This document shows positions 1-7,116 of a stretch of DNA of 64,000 nucleotides, piece after piece. The DNA is from a virus (taxonomy: Duplodnaviria > Caudoviricetes), in the IMG/VR virus record IMGVR_UViG_3300046028_001578, positions 486-64,485 of that record; one strand, given 5' to 3'. The notes under the pieces were generated by a model. The model was not told the DNA's origin. It made no database searches and saw only the letters and a list, made by a program, of their open reading frames with translations. How positions within the stretch are numbered: position 1 is the stretch's first letter; every line of letters begins with the position of its first letter. A program made the position numbers and the translations under genes.

Positions 1-55
1 CGTTAATTAGTTTCTCTAACTCAGTATCAAACACCATGATAGTATCCTTTCTTAG

Positions 56-127
56 TGGGACAGAAGAGACTTGAACTCTTAACCAATCGGTTAAAAGCCG
101 ACTGCTCTACCATTGAGCTACAATCCC
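56..127 (-). tRNA. trnK: tRNA-Lys(UUU)
   Basis: Reverse complement GGGATTG-TA-GCTCAATGGTAGAGC-A-GTCGG-CTTTTAA-CCGAT...AAGAG-TTCAAGT-CTCTT-CTGTCCC-A folds as a cloverleaf; anticodon TTT; CCA not encoded. Confidence 0.93.
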
Positions 128-132
128 TATAG

Positions 133-205
133 TAGCACGGGTGGGAGTCGAACCCACACTACACAGATTTTAAGTCTGTAGACTCTGCCATTGGTCTACC
201 GTGCC
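133..205 (-). tRNA. trnL: tRNA-Leu(UAA) with short variable loop
   Basis: Acceptor GGCACGG/CCGTGCT-A, anticodon arm ACAGA-CTTAAAA-TCTGT, T arm GTGGG-TTCGACT-CCCAC; variable region only about 5 nt. Confidence 0.9.
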
Positions 206-208
206 ATA

Positions 209-259
209 GGTAGGATACATAGCATGATAGGGTCAAAGCCTATTGTATATGCACCTACC
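209..259 (-). ncRNA. armless tRNA-like hairpin with a Gln(UUG)-type anticodon loop
   Basis: GGTAGG-TGCATA-TACA-ATAGG-CTTTGAC-CCTAT-CATGC-TATGTA-T-CCTACC: 12-bp bulged stem, 5-bp stem and 7-nt loop; lies between two tRNAs. Confidence 0.5.
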
Positions 260-263
260 AAAG

Positions 264-337
264 CGTCCCTGACTGGACTCGAACCAGTAACCTATCGGGT
301 AGAAACCGATGCCTCTATCCAATTGAGATACAAGGAC
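264..337 (-). tRNA. trnR: tRNA-Arg(UCU)
   Basis: Acceptor GTCCTTG/CAGGGAC-G, anticodon arm ATCGG-TTTCTAC-CCGAT, T arm ACTGG-TTCGAGT-CCAGT. Confidence 0.93.
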
Positions 338-343
338 AGTGGT

Positions 344-775
344 TTAAAGTTCATCAACATGCACTTCAATAACATCAGCAAGTCTATCGAATGACATACC
401 ATGATCATTCAGTTCTGCCAAAGAGTCTTGTGCATGTGATGCATTAGTGAATCGTCCAAGTGCATCATGCATACCTGCCCATTCACGAACACGCAATGGT
501 AACACAAGGCTATCATTATCATAGACAGTAATAGAGTCATCACCTATACTCAACATCTGAGTGTGTTGAAGGAATACATCTGACTTACGAGTCACAACTT
601 GAACATCTAACTCATCCGGATTCTGTTGCATATACAGATCACACAGTACACCAAGGCAGCAGTACATACATGTCCCATTAATATCTGTGGCATGTAGTTT
701 ACCTGTTCCTTGTTGATAAGTACCAGACTTAAGAGCATCAACCCATTGCTTAGCAATATCAATCTTCATTGTCAT
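344..775 (-). CDS. conserved phage hypothetical protein (WxxALxSGxYxQG...CCLGV...LND motif)
   Basis: ORF track 344..808; start moved to ATG 775 behind GAGGAAG; motif pattern recognised from phage hypotheticals. Confidence 0.75.
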   Translation of the reverse strand: MTMKIDIAKQWVDALKSGTYQQGTGKLHATDINGTCMYCCLGVLCDLYMQQNPDELDVQVVTRKSDVFLQHTQMLSIGDDSITVYDNDSLVLPLRVREWAGMHDALGRFTNASHAQDSLAELNDHGMSFDRLADVIEVHVDEL

Positions 776-1037
776 CTTCCTCATAGTTAGGATCAATAGA
801 GAGAACACGCTTCATCTCAGTAATATATTCATGACCTGCCGTAATCATTGCTCCCTCTAGATCTTCAGGATCAAAGGTAGCATACCCATCAGTCTCAAGA
901 TAATGTTTAGGATCTAGTTCCATTTCTTCAGGTGTCCACATAGCAACGGCATAGCCTTGCTTACGGATCCAAGAGAATGCTCGGAATACATTGGCATCAA
1001 CACTAACACTCTTATCATACTCAAAGATATCAGTCAT
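759..1037 (-). CDS. early hypothetical protein, paralog of 1030..1254
   Basis: Start MTDIF behind AAGGG; shares W(I/L)RxxG(Y/F)AV-x3-TP(E/D)(E/D) motif with its neighbour. Confidence 0.7.
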   Translation of the reverse strand: MTDIFEYDKSVSVDANVFRAFSWIRKQGYAVAMWTPEEMELDPKHYLETDGYATFDPEDLEGAMITAGHEYITEMKRVLSIDPNYEEDDNED

Positions 1038-1254
1038 TGTAGTACCCTTCTTTAATCCATTCGATGTAGTTAAGACCAGCGGCTTGCATCTCAAGCTCGA
1101 TTGTTTCTGTATTAATCTTATCCTGTTTAGGTTCAACTTCTAAATCATCAGGCGTAAGTATAGTAACAGCAAACCCATGAAGACGGAGCCAATCATACAT
1201 ACGATCAGCAGTCTCATAGATAGTTTCATTAGCATCTAAGTCGGGTAAGATCAT
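1030..1254 (-). CDS. early hypothetical protein, paralog of 759..1037
   Basis: ORF with AAAGGA RBS; paralogous motif. Confidence 0.75.
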   Translation of the reverse strand: MILPDLDANETIYETADRMYDWLRLHGFAVTILTPDDLEVEPKQDKINTETIELEMQAAGLNYIEWIKEGYYND

Positions 1255-1267
1255 AAGGTTCCTTTAA

Positions 1268-1343
1268 TAGAAGGGGCGGGAGTTGCACCCACATACTCAC
1301 ACTTATAAGGTGTGCGCTATAACTTCGTTTCAGCCACCCTTCT
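1268..1343 (-). tRNA. trnI: tRNA-Ile(UAU)
   Basis: Acceptor AGAAGGG/CCCTTCT-A, anticodon arm CACAC-CTTATAA-GTGTG, T arm GTGGG-TGCAACT-CCCGC (non-canonical TGC T-loop), enlarged D loop. Confidence 0.8.
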
Positions 1344-1347
1344 CTGT

Positions 1348-1566
1348 TTACTTCTTCTTCTTCTTGAGAGGAACAGTTCTGTTATCCATACGCATACCAC
1401 TAATTTGGTTGTCTAATATTTGACACCACTTAATCAAACCATCACATCGTTCATTAACTTCATGCAGTCGAGTATCGTAATGTTTACGACTTAAGATGTC
1501 ACTAACAATATTGATAACAACATGTGTAATAAATCCAAACATTAGAATCAGTAGCGGAATATCCAT
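1348..1566 (-). CDS. small membrane-anchored hypothetical protein
   Basis: N-terminal hydrophobic helix; start coupled to upstream stop (TAATG). Confidence 0.7.
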   Translation of the reverse strand: MDIPLLILMFGFITHVVINIVSDILSRKHYDTRLHEVNERCDGLIKWCQILDNQISGMRMDNRTVPLKKKKK

Positions 1567-1778
1567 TAGTCTTCTTCTCCATTAATATCAGGTAGTTCTT
1601 CAGTCCATTCATAAGTTGGTGGGATATACCAGTCTTCAGGGATCATGCCACTAACATATGATTTAAAATTAGCATGCATATTCTTAGTCCATGCATCAAA
1701 CTTATCAGCGGGAACCTCACCAACATCAATACCCTTCTCAGTAAGAAGGGCGATCATATATGCGGTGATGATATCCAT
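1566..1778 (-). CDS. early hypothetical protein
   Basis: TAATG-coupled ORF in a tightly packed minus-strand array. Confidence 0.7.
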   Translation of the reverse strand: MDIITAYMIALLTEKGIDVGEVPADKFDAWTKNMHANFKSYVSGMIPEDWYIPPTYEWTEELPDINGEED

Positions 1779-1993
1779 TAGTCGATACTAATTGAAAGGG
1801 AGATATCAGAGACAGCATCATCAACCAACTCAGTAACCTTCTCACTAACAGCATCCTTGATAAGGTACTTACAATCACTACTCTCAAGGTATGCGGTAAC
1901 AGCATGCTCACAGATTAGATTAATCTTATCCGTCAAGTCCTTAGTGATCAGGTTAACAAGCGTAGCAGCAGCAGTTTCAATATCAGTCTTCAT
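1778..1993 (-). CDS. early hypothetical protein
   Basis: ATGA-coupled ORF with GGAG RBS. Confidence 0.7.
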   Translation of the reverse strand: MKTDIETAAATLVNLITKDLTDKINLICEHAVTAYLESSDCKYLIKDAVSEKVTELVDDAVSDISLSISID

Positions 1994-2208
1994 GATTGTG
2001 TCTCCAATAGGTGGTCGAATTGACCAATGAATAGTTCTTCATCTTCGGTAAGATAGAATTTGTTATGTGTCATAGTATCAAAGTCATTCAACATACGCTG
2101 AGCATCATCTCTCTTCTTAGGATCTTCGATCCAAAGAAAGAATACATCAGCAACTTCATTAATAAATTTAATATTGTCTGATATAACAGTACTACTAGAG
2201 GGTGACAT
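1990..2208 (-). CDS. early hypothetical protein
   Basis: TAATG-coupled ORF with AGGAG RBS. Confidence 0.7.
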   Translation of the reverse strand: MSPSSSTVISDNIKFINEVADVFFLWIEDPKKRDDAQRMLNDFDTMTHNKFYLTEDEELFIGQFDHLLETQS

Positions 2209-2471
2209 TAGTCTGCTCCTGATGGTAAGGTGTCATAGGTATCCTCTTCACCACGGTAAGGTGTAAGAGGGTTGAAGTTCAACTCTTCAATAACATTATC
2301 TAACAATTCTTTTACCTCACTATAGTCAACTATAGTAGGGTAGAAGTCATGAATATGTACAGCACCCATCTCCCATTCACCATCTTGAATAGTCCATTGT
2401 ATACTAAAGTCTACATCAATGTTACCATGCTCTTCACTATAGATATTCATAGTGTGATTATTAATTCTCAT
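2208..2471 (-). CDS. acidic early hypothetical protein
   Basis: AAAGGA RBS directly downstream of the promoter copy at 2492-2512. Confidence 0.75.
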   Translation of the reverse strand: MRINNHTMNIYSEEHGNIDVDFSIQWTIQDGEWEMGAVHIHDFYPTIVDYSEVKELLDNVIEELNFNPLTPYRGEEDTYDTLPSGAD

Positions 2472-2491
2472 CCAAGGTTCCTTTCTTCGTA

Positions 2492-2512
2492 CTTATAGTA
2501 GCCCCAACTATT
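2492..2512 (-). promoter_or_regulatory. putative phage RNAP promoter AATAGTTGGGGCTACTATAAG
   Basis: 13-bp core ATAGTTGGGGCTA repeated exactly at 4 loci in the same orientation; T7/SP6-like CTATA-purine 3' end. Confidence 0.8.
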
Positions 2513-2569
2513 CGGCAGGTTGCCGATAGTGCAAGGCTTTGTGTTTCCCCGGCGCACACCGGATACCAT

Positions 2570-2770
2570 CTAGGATTGTTGTAGGTTAGTACGCACCCTA
2601 CCCATATGGTCTTCGTCCCCATCGGCAACGGCTTTACCATAATTTGTATACCACCATCCATAGGATAGGGCATCTGTCTTGTCTCTGAATCCATTTACAT
2701 ATACCCCATCAACGGTGACATTATACCACATCTCTCCTTGATACAACGCCTTGACAATCTCATACTTCAT
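2570..2770 (-). CDS. early hypothetical protein
   Basis: ORF track; GAGG RBS; overlaps an alternative-frame ORF 2461..2694. Confidence 0.55.
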   Translation of the reverse strand: MKYEIVKALYQGEMWYNVTVDGVYVNGFRDKTDALSYGWWYTNYGKAVADGDEDHMGRVRTNLQQS

Positions 2771-2906
2771 CTGCAGTTACCTCATCAATGTAATATGAAT
2801 AAGGAAAGTGTTGCATTGCATCAGTAATCATTATCAATGCATTGTCTGCATCTTGTGAGTCAACATCATCAATCTCTGGGATCTCTACAACCATATAGAT
2901 TTTCAT
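2760..2906 (-). CDS. 48-aa acidic hypothetical protein (MKIYMVVEIPEIDDVD...)
   Basis: Read by hand; fills the gap, ATGA-coupled to the upstream gene; below ORF-track cutoff. Confidence 0.6.
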   Translation of the reverse strand: MKIYMVVEIPEIDDVDSQDADNALIMITDAMQHFPYSYYIDEVTADEV

Positions 2907-3091
2907 GGGTTCACCATTGGGTAAGAGTATAGTTCAATGTCAGCACCTGCATATGTCAGCCCAAGCGTAATAGCATAACGCTTAGCGTCATGCTTACTGT
3001 CAAGGATAAGACGCACTTGTCCATTCATCTTTACTACATAGCATGGGCTAGTAGTCTGTTTAGTCTTAGACTTCTTCTTCAAGGTTTTCAT
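2903..3091 (-). CDS. basic early hypothetical protein
   Basis: Start MKTLKKK behind GGAG. Confidence 0.65.
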   Translation of the reverse strand: MKTLKKKSKTKQTTSPCYVVKMNGQVRLILDSKHDAKRYAITLGLTYAGADIELYSYPMVNP

Positions 3092-3272
3092 ATTTGTCTC
3101 CAAAGATAATGGCGATGATCTCAACATCTCTATATAGATAACGCAATCCCTTACTTACTTGTTTAGTAGACCCAGCCAATACAAAGTGTGAGCATTCAAT
3201 AAAGATCTCACCCTCTCCTTTAATGGATGGGTTATATACAACAACAACATTATACGGGGCTAACTCTTGCAC
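3066..3272 (-). CDS. early hypothetical protein, probable paralog of 3272..3445
   Basis: GTG start behind GGAGG. Confidence 0.65.
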   Translation of the reverse strand: MQELAPYNVVVVYNPSIKGEGEIFIECSHFVLAGSTKQVSKGLRYLYRDVEIIAIIFGDKYENLEEEV

Positions 3273-3445
3273 TAGTCCTCCAGTTGGTCAAAGATAACAG
3301 AACGGAGATGATCCTTACGCTTACTATAGATGTAACCGATAGAGATGATTACATCTAACCGATCCACAGCCCATAGACTCATGAACTCTTGTTGTAACAT
3401 TTCATCTCTATCATCATAGATAATCAGTACATTCCATAGTGTCAT
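3272..3445 (-). CDS. 57-aa early hypothetical protein (MTLWNVLIIYDD...)
   Basis: Read by hand; ATGA-coupled, GGAGG RBS. Confidence 0.65.
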   Translation of the reverse strand: MTLWNVLIIYDDRDEMLQQEFMSLWAVDRLDVIISIGYIYSKRKDHLRSVIFDQLED

Positions 3446-3666
3446 TGCGTAGCCTCCGGATACACCATGTTAGTAAACATATTAGTATACACACCACACA
3501 ATGCACCAATGGTAGCAATGTTACTCATGTGTGCAATCTCATACTCCGCATCGGTATCAAAACTATCACGATAGTTGTGATTTAAATTAGTACCATACTC
3601 ACTAATGGATTCCCGAAGGAGACACAGTACTACTAGCACATCCTCTCCTTCAATAGTTACTTTCAT
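3442..3666 (-). CDS. early hypothetical protein
   Basis: Start MKVTIEG behind AAAGGA. Confidence 0.65.
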   Translation of the reverse strand: MKVTIEGEDVLVVLCLLRESISEYGTNLNHNYRDSFDTDAEYEIAHMSNIATIGALCGVYTNMFTNMVYPEATQ

Positions 3667-3772
3667 CAGAGTCCTTTCGATTGATTGCTTTGTTCTCTTC
3701 AACACAGTACAGTAGGCATGCTACAATGAGCACACCAATAGCACCACCAATACAAGGTAGAAAGAAACTCAT
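3650..3772 (-). CDS. 40-aa single-TM peptide (MSFFLPCIGGAIGVLIVACLL...)
   Basis: Read by hand; ATGA-coupled, GAGG RBS, hydrophobic helix. Confidence 0.55.
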   Translation of the reverse strand: MSFFLPCIGGAIGVLIVACLLYCVEENKAINRKDSDESNY

Positions 3773-4008
3773 ACCTCTACCTCCGTCCACTTACTAACAC
3801 CATTCATCTCATTGATAGTCTTCTTAAGTGAGTCTACATTCTGTTCCAATTTGCCTACCAAAGCGGCATAATACTTAAGGGTATTAGTAAACCCGTCATT
3901 GCCCATCTTCAAGACAGCATTATCATCCTTCAGTTTATTATTATCTTCGACTAACTTCGTAATGAGATCAGTCAAATCAACAACCATCTTCTTAATATCA
4001 GTAGACAT
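3769..4008 (-). CDS. coiled-coil early protein
   Basis: Heptad pattern; GGAGG RBS. Confidence 0.7.
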   Translation of the reverse strand: MSTDIKKMVVDLTDLITKLVEDNNKLKDDNAVLKMGNDGFTNTLKYYAALVGKLEQNVDSLKKTINEMNGVSKWTEVEV

Positions 4009-4312
4009 TGCAGTCCTCCCGTAGTTTGATAATCAGGTTGGCTTGGTTGTCATTACAAGCCCTGAAGTAATTCAGTTTAGCAGCCAAGTCCTCATTACTA
4101 TTAGCGAGAATAGTATTAGCCTCGGTTAACTTATCAATCCTCTTAGCCAAGTCTTCATTAGACTTGACAAGCATAGCATTAGTCTTGTCTAACTTACCAA
4201 CCTCACCTGCTAACTCATGAACCTTTGACAAGAGAGTAAGTTCCTTCTTCTCAAGGTATACAATGTACGCTTGTGCTGCAGTCAACATCTTCTTTACTTC
4301 TGTTTCGTTCAT
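3998..4312 (-). CDS. coiled-coil early protein with internal repeat
   Basis: Start MNETEV behind AAAGGAG; repeat KLxxxNxxLxxSNEDLA twice. Confidence 0.7.
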   Translation of the reverse strand: MNETEVKKMLTAAQAYIVYLEKKELTLLSKVHELAGEVGKLDKTNAMLVKSNEDLAKRIDKLTEANTILANSNEDLAAKLNYFRACNDNQANLIIKLREDCNVY

Positions 4313-4322
4313 AGTGTCTCCT

Positions 4323-4508
4323 TTAGATTGACCAAGATACAAGACGCTTAGTTGCCATACTAACAACCTCAACATCATCTAACACCATGTTAGTATGGTT
4401 GCGGATATACTCCAAGCATTGGTCGTATGATCCAGTGCATACATGTGCTCCCTTATACTCCACCTTAAACGAATACTTAAACGAGTAATCTGGTGTGTTA
4501 ATTTCCAT
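4323..4508 (-). CDS. early hypothetical protein
   Basis: TAATG-coupled ORF. Confidence 0.65.
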   Translation of the reverse strand: MEINTPDYSFKYSFKVEYKGAHVCTGSYDQCLEYIRNHTNMVLDDVEVVSMATKRLVSWSI

Positions 4509-4735
4509 TAGATACCCTTTACAATGTTTGCGTACATAACAGTCTCTGATCGGCGAAGATCATAGTCTTCACTAATGCCATCGAGGAACTTAAATGCCTC
4601 ATTAGTATCAATGAAGTCCACATTATTGAGGGGATCATTGATCGGGTATACAGTACACCCACCACCTTGGCATGGTGCAATCTGTCGCAACACAATAACC
4701 TGACCAGCCTTAAAGTATGCTTCGATAACACTCAT
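4508..4735 (-). CDS. early hypothetical protein, probable paralog of 4732..4986
   Basis: ATGA-coupled; AAGGAG RBS. Confidence 0.7.
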   Translation of the reverse strand: MSVIEAYFKAGQVIVLRQIAPCQGGGCTVYPINDPLNNVDFIDTNEAFKFLDGISEDYDLRRSETVMYANIVKGI

Positions 4736-4986
4736 AGTGTCTCCTTCTTAATGATGTAAAGGTAACCTTCAAACTTAATATCAAAGGAGTCATTGGACAT
4801 TTCTCTTGCCCACTCAAATACACCTTCAAGAGTATCAAACTCTAGTGCATTGATGACATAAGAACCCTCACCCTTATAGGCGAAGACCTCAAAGCCTTTA
4901 ACACATGACTCAACAATGATACGAGTGCCAGACTTAAACTCCATCTCCACAGTCGGATCCCACTCAGCCTTATCGCCACTATACAT
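4732..4986 (-). CDS. early hypothetical protein
   Basis: Start MYSGD behind AAGGAG. Confidence 0.7.
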   Translation of the reverse strand: MYSGDKAEWDPTVEMEFKSGTRIIVESCVKGFEVFAYKGEGSYVINALEFDTLEGVFEWAREMSNDSFDIKFEGYLYIIKKETL

Positions 4987-5024
4987 ATCATTCTCCTTGT
5001 TAAAGAAAGAAAGCAAACCATACG

Positions 5025-5244
5025 AAAGATATACCATAGGTTTCCCTACGGCATACCGTGATAGGAAATAGATTCACTAGGCAACTATCATACCTAGTGA
5101 ATAGTTATTCTGTATGCCTACGACAAGCATAGTATCGGTAACTAACCTTTGCTGAGTCTTAACGGATTAGTAGTCAGCAACTACCTTGTATTGAGGAGGA
5201 TACAAGCGACCAAAGATATACCATAGGTTTCCCTACGGTATACC
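5025..5244 (-). repeat. 33-bp direct repeat (5025-5057 and 5212-5244), each copy a GAAA-tetraloop hairpin
   Basis: aaagatataccataggtttccctacgg(c/t)atacc occurs twice; minus strand reads TAT(A/G)CCGTAGG-GAAA-CCTATGGTATA. Confidence 0.85.
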
Positions 5245-5247
5245 ATA

Positions 5248-5541
5248 TTAGATATTAGCAATGGCTTCGGTTGGAACATCAGCCCGAACCCATACTGCCT
5301 TCTGCTTATCGTATCCAACATGGACTGTCAGATCCTTAACACACCACATACTACGCTCCGAACATTCCGGCGGGCATACTCGGATGCCATACTTCTTGTG
5401 GAGGACAGACGCACACAGATCATACTTCTTGCCAGTTACTTTGGCAAGATACTTTGCAGCGATAGCCGCATCCTGCATAGTCCCGGAGGCAATCGCACGC
5501 TTGACATAATCAGTCAGTACCGAGTGTTGGTAAGCCTTCAT
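5248..5541 (-). CDS. immediate-early hypothetical protein
   Basis: AAGGAG RBS; GC-richer than the genome average. Confidence 0.7.
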   Translation of the reverse strand: MKAYQHSVLTDYVKRAIASGTMQDAAIAAKYLAKVTGKKYDLCASVLHKKYGIRVCPPECSERSMWCVKDLTVHVGYDKQKAVWVRADVPTEAIANI

Positions 5542-5636
5542 AGTGATCTCCTTAAAGTTTGAGCGAATAGACGGTAGAGCATACCCTTGCAGGTATACCC
5601 TACCGTCTACTCCCTTGCGGAAGTAGCGGGTGATAC

Positions 5637-6083
5637 TTAGATCACGATACTGTCGAGGACATCTGCGAGGACATCCGTACGAACCTTCGGGGTATACCCC
5701 GGAGTCTCATTCTCGAAGCGCAGGGTAGGAAACTTGTAACTCAGATATTCCATAGCCCATTGGGTAAACTGCTTGGCAGTCTCCGAGGTTTCATCCTGCC
5801 GTCCACGCCACCGGAAATCTGCAGCGGGGATACCTGCCTTGCCCAACAAGACAGACAGCATACTGTACTTGGTGCTGCAGTTCGGAGGCATGATATACGC
5901 GATACTCTCCATGAAGAGAGGCATGATACGCTGCGAGACTTTACCGTTCTCAGTGAACACCTTAACATCCTTGAGGTTACCATTAATCAGGGTAACATTT
6001 CCGTCTAGTGCCTCTTGGAAAGCACCTGCGAGGTTACAGGCATGGGCGCAACGATGAAACAAGTCGTATGAAAGTTCTTCCAT
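5637..6083 (-). CDS. first early gene, hypothetical (MEELSYDLFH...)
   Basis: ATG 6083 behind GGAG; the ORF-track upstream extension runs through hairpins. Confidence 0.7.
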   Translation of the reverse strand: MEELSYDLFHRCAHACNLAGAFQEALDGNVTLINGNLKDVKVFTENGKVSQRIMPLFMESIAYIMPPNCSTKYSMLSVLLGKAGIPAADFRWRGRQDETSETAKQFTQWAMEYLSYKFPTLRFENETPGYTPKVRTDVLADVLDSIVI

Positions 6084-6099
6084 ATTATATTCTCCGTTA

Positions 6100-7060
6100 A
6101 GTTTGAATCCGCATACCACGGTGGTATCGGCTAGGCGCACACCCTTGCGAGTGTACCCTAGCCGATATACCCCACCTTCCCGAAAGAAGGCAGGGTATAC
6201 CGGATTCTGTAACATTCTGTGTATATATACGCGTAACTTGCTAGGGTTACCGTACGGACAGGGTTATTGTAAACCCCCATCCACTATACCCCCCGTGCTG
6301 TGCATCGGGGTTTCCTTTACTGCGAATGACACCCTAGCCGCTAGGTTGTTCGCGTATACTTGGGCTTCGGGATACTGCAGCCGGGGTTGATCCGGCTTAG
6401 GGAATGGCACAGTTCACGCGCAGGTATTGCACCTGCTATTGTGGTGTAGTAAACATTCTTCGTCTTGTCTACTAGTTGCTCCCCTACAGTACGCCTAACG
6501 CGTATACTTGTAAGCCGTTATCAAACTGAACGATCCCTATGGCATCTGATCGCTGACCCTAACGGTAAGATCTTAAGATTTCGCAGCATCAATCGCTGAT
6601 AAGGGTGAACGATTGAACCGTTGAAATTACCGCTCCCCACCCCCTACCCCCGTTATCGGACGCGCCGCGCCGGAGGGTGACGGGGGGTCGCGCCGCCGGG
6701 GTAAGGTAAGATACCCCTTCACTAATTTCTGACCCCTCTAGTCGATTTCTCAGGGATGCCCCTAGGTTGCCCTGAGCTGGGTTGTTTGTGTTGATGTCCT
6801 CCGGTAGCCCCAGAGGGATCCGGGGACCCCATAGGAAATCGACAAGGGATTAACCGGGGGGTAAACCCCGGAGTGCTCTATTCCTTAAATAATCCTAGAT
6901 CCCCTTTCGGGGACCTAGGACCTGTATGTTTATATAATATTGTAATTAACACTTAGGTTAACTAGGGTTACCCTTAGGTTACCTAAGGGACTATAGTGTA
7001 CTATATATTCAATAACATAATTTTAAAACCTATAGATTAACCTAAGGTATCCCTTAAGTA
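6100..7060. other. non-coding region containing probable genome termini / terminal repeat
   Basis: About 1 kb without credible genes between the last late gene and the first early gene; GC-rich block 6630-6716; short taggtta/cctaagg repeats 6950-7058 reminiscent of T7 end repeats. Confidence 0.6.
6887..6920 (-). terminator. hairpin, possible terminator
   Basis: TCCTAGGTCCCC-GAAA-GGGGATCTAGGA followed by TTATTT. Confidence 0.5.
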
Positions 7061-7061
7061 T

Positions 7062-7083
7062 CTATCTAGTAGCCCCAACTATT
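7062..7083 (-). promoter_or_regulatory. putative phage RNAP promoter near right end (phiOR-like)
   Basis: AATAGTTGGGGCTACTAGATAG just downstream of the last gene, pointing into the terminal region. Confidence 0.75.
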
Positions 7084-7116
7084 GGGCATTGACATGTCTT
7101 CCACCTTTGGGTGGGG

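Noticed and set aside
56-337. tRNAs as a prophage attachment site or host flank
   Set aside because: No integrase; the tRNAs are co-oriented with and embedded among phage early genes
191-394. 67-aa plus-strand ORF
   Set aside because: Antisense to tRNA-Leu, the mini-hairpin and tRNA-Arg
5058-5211. Hammerhead-type ribozyme
   Set aside because: No CUGANGA...GAAA core found on either strand
5025-5244. Mini CRISPR array
   Set aside because: Only two 33-bp copies about 154 bp apart, far longer than a spacer, and no cas genes
6230-6300. Host sigma-70 early promoter (TTTACA...TAACCC on minus strand)
   Set aside because: Poor -10 match and suboptimal spacing; cannot be supported by eye
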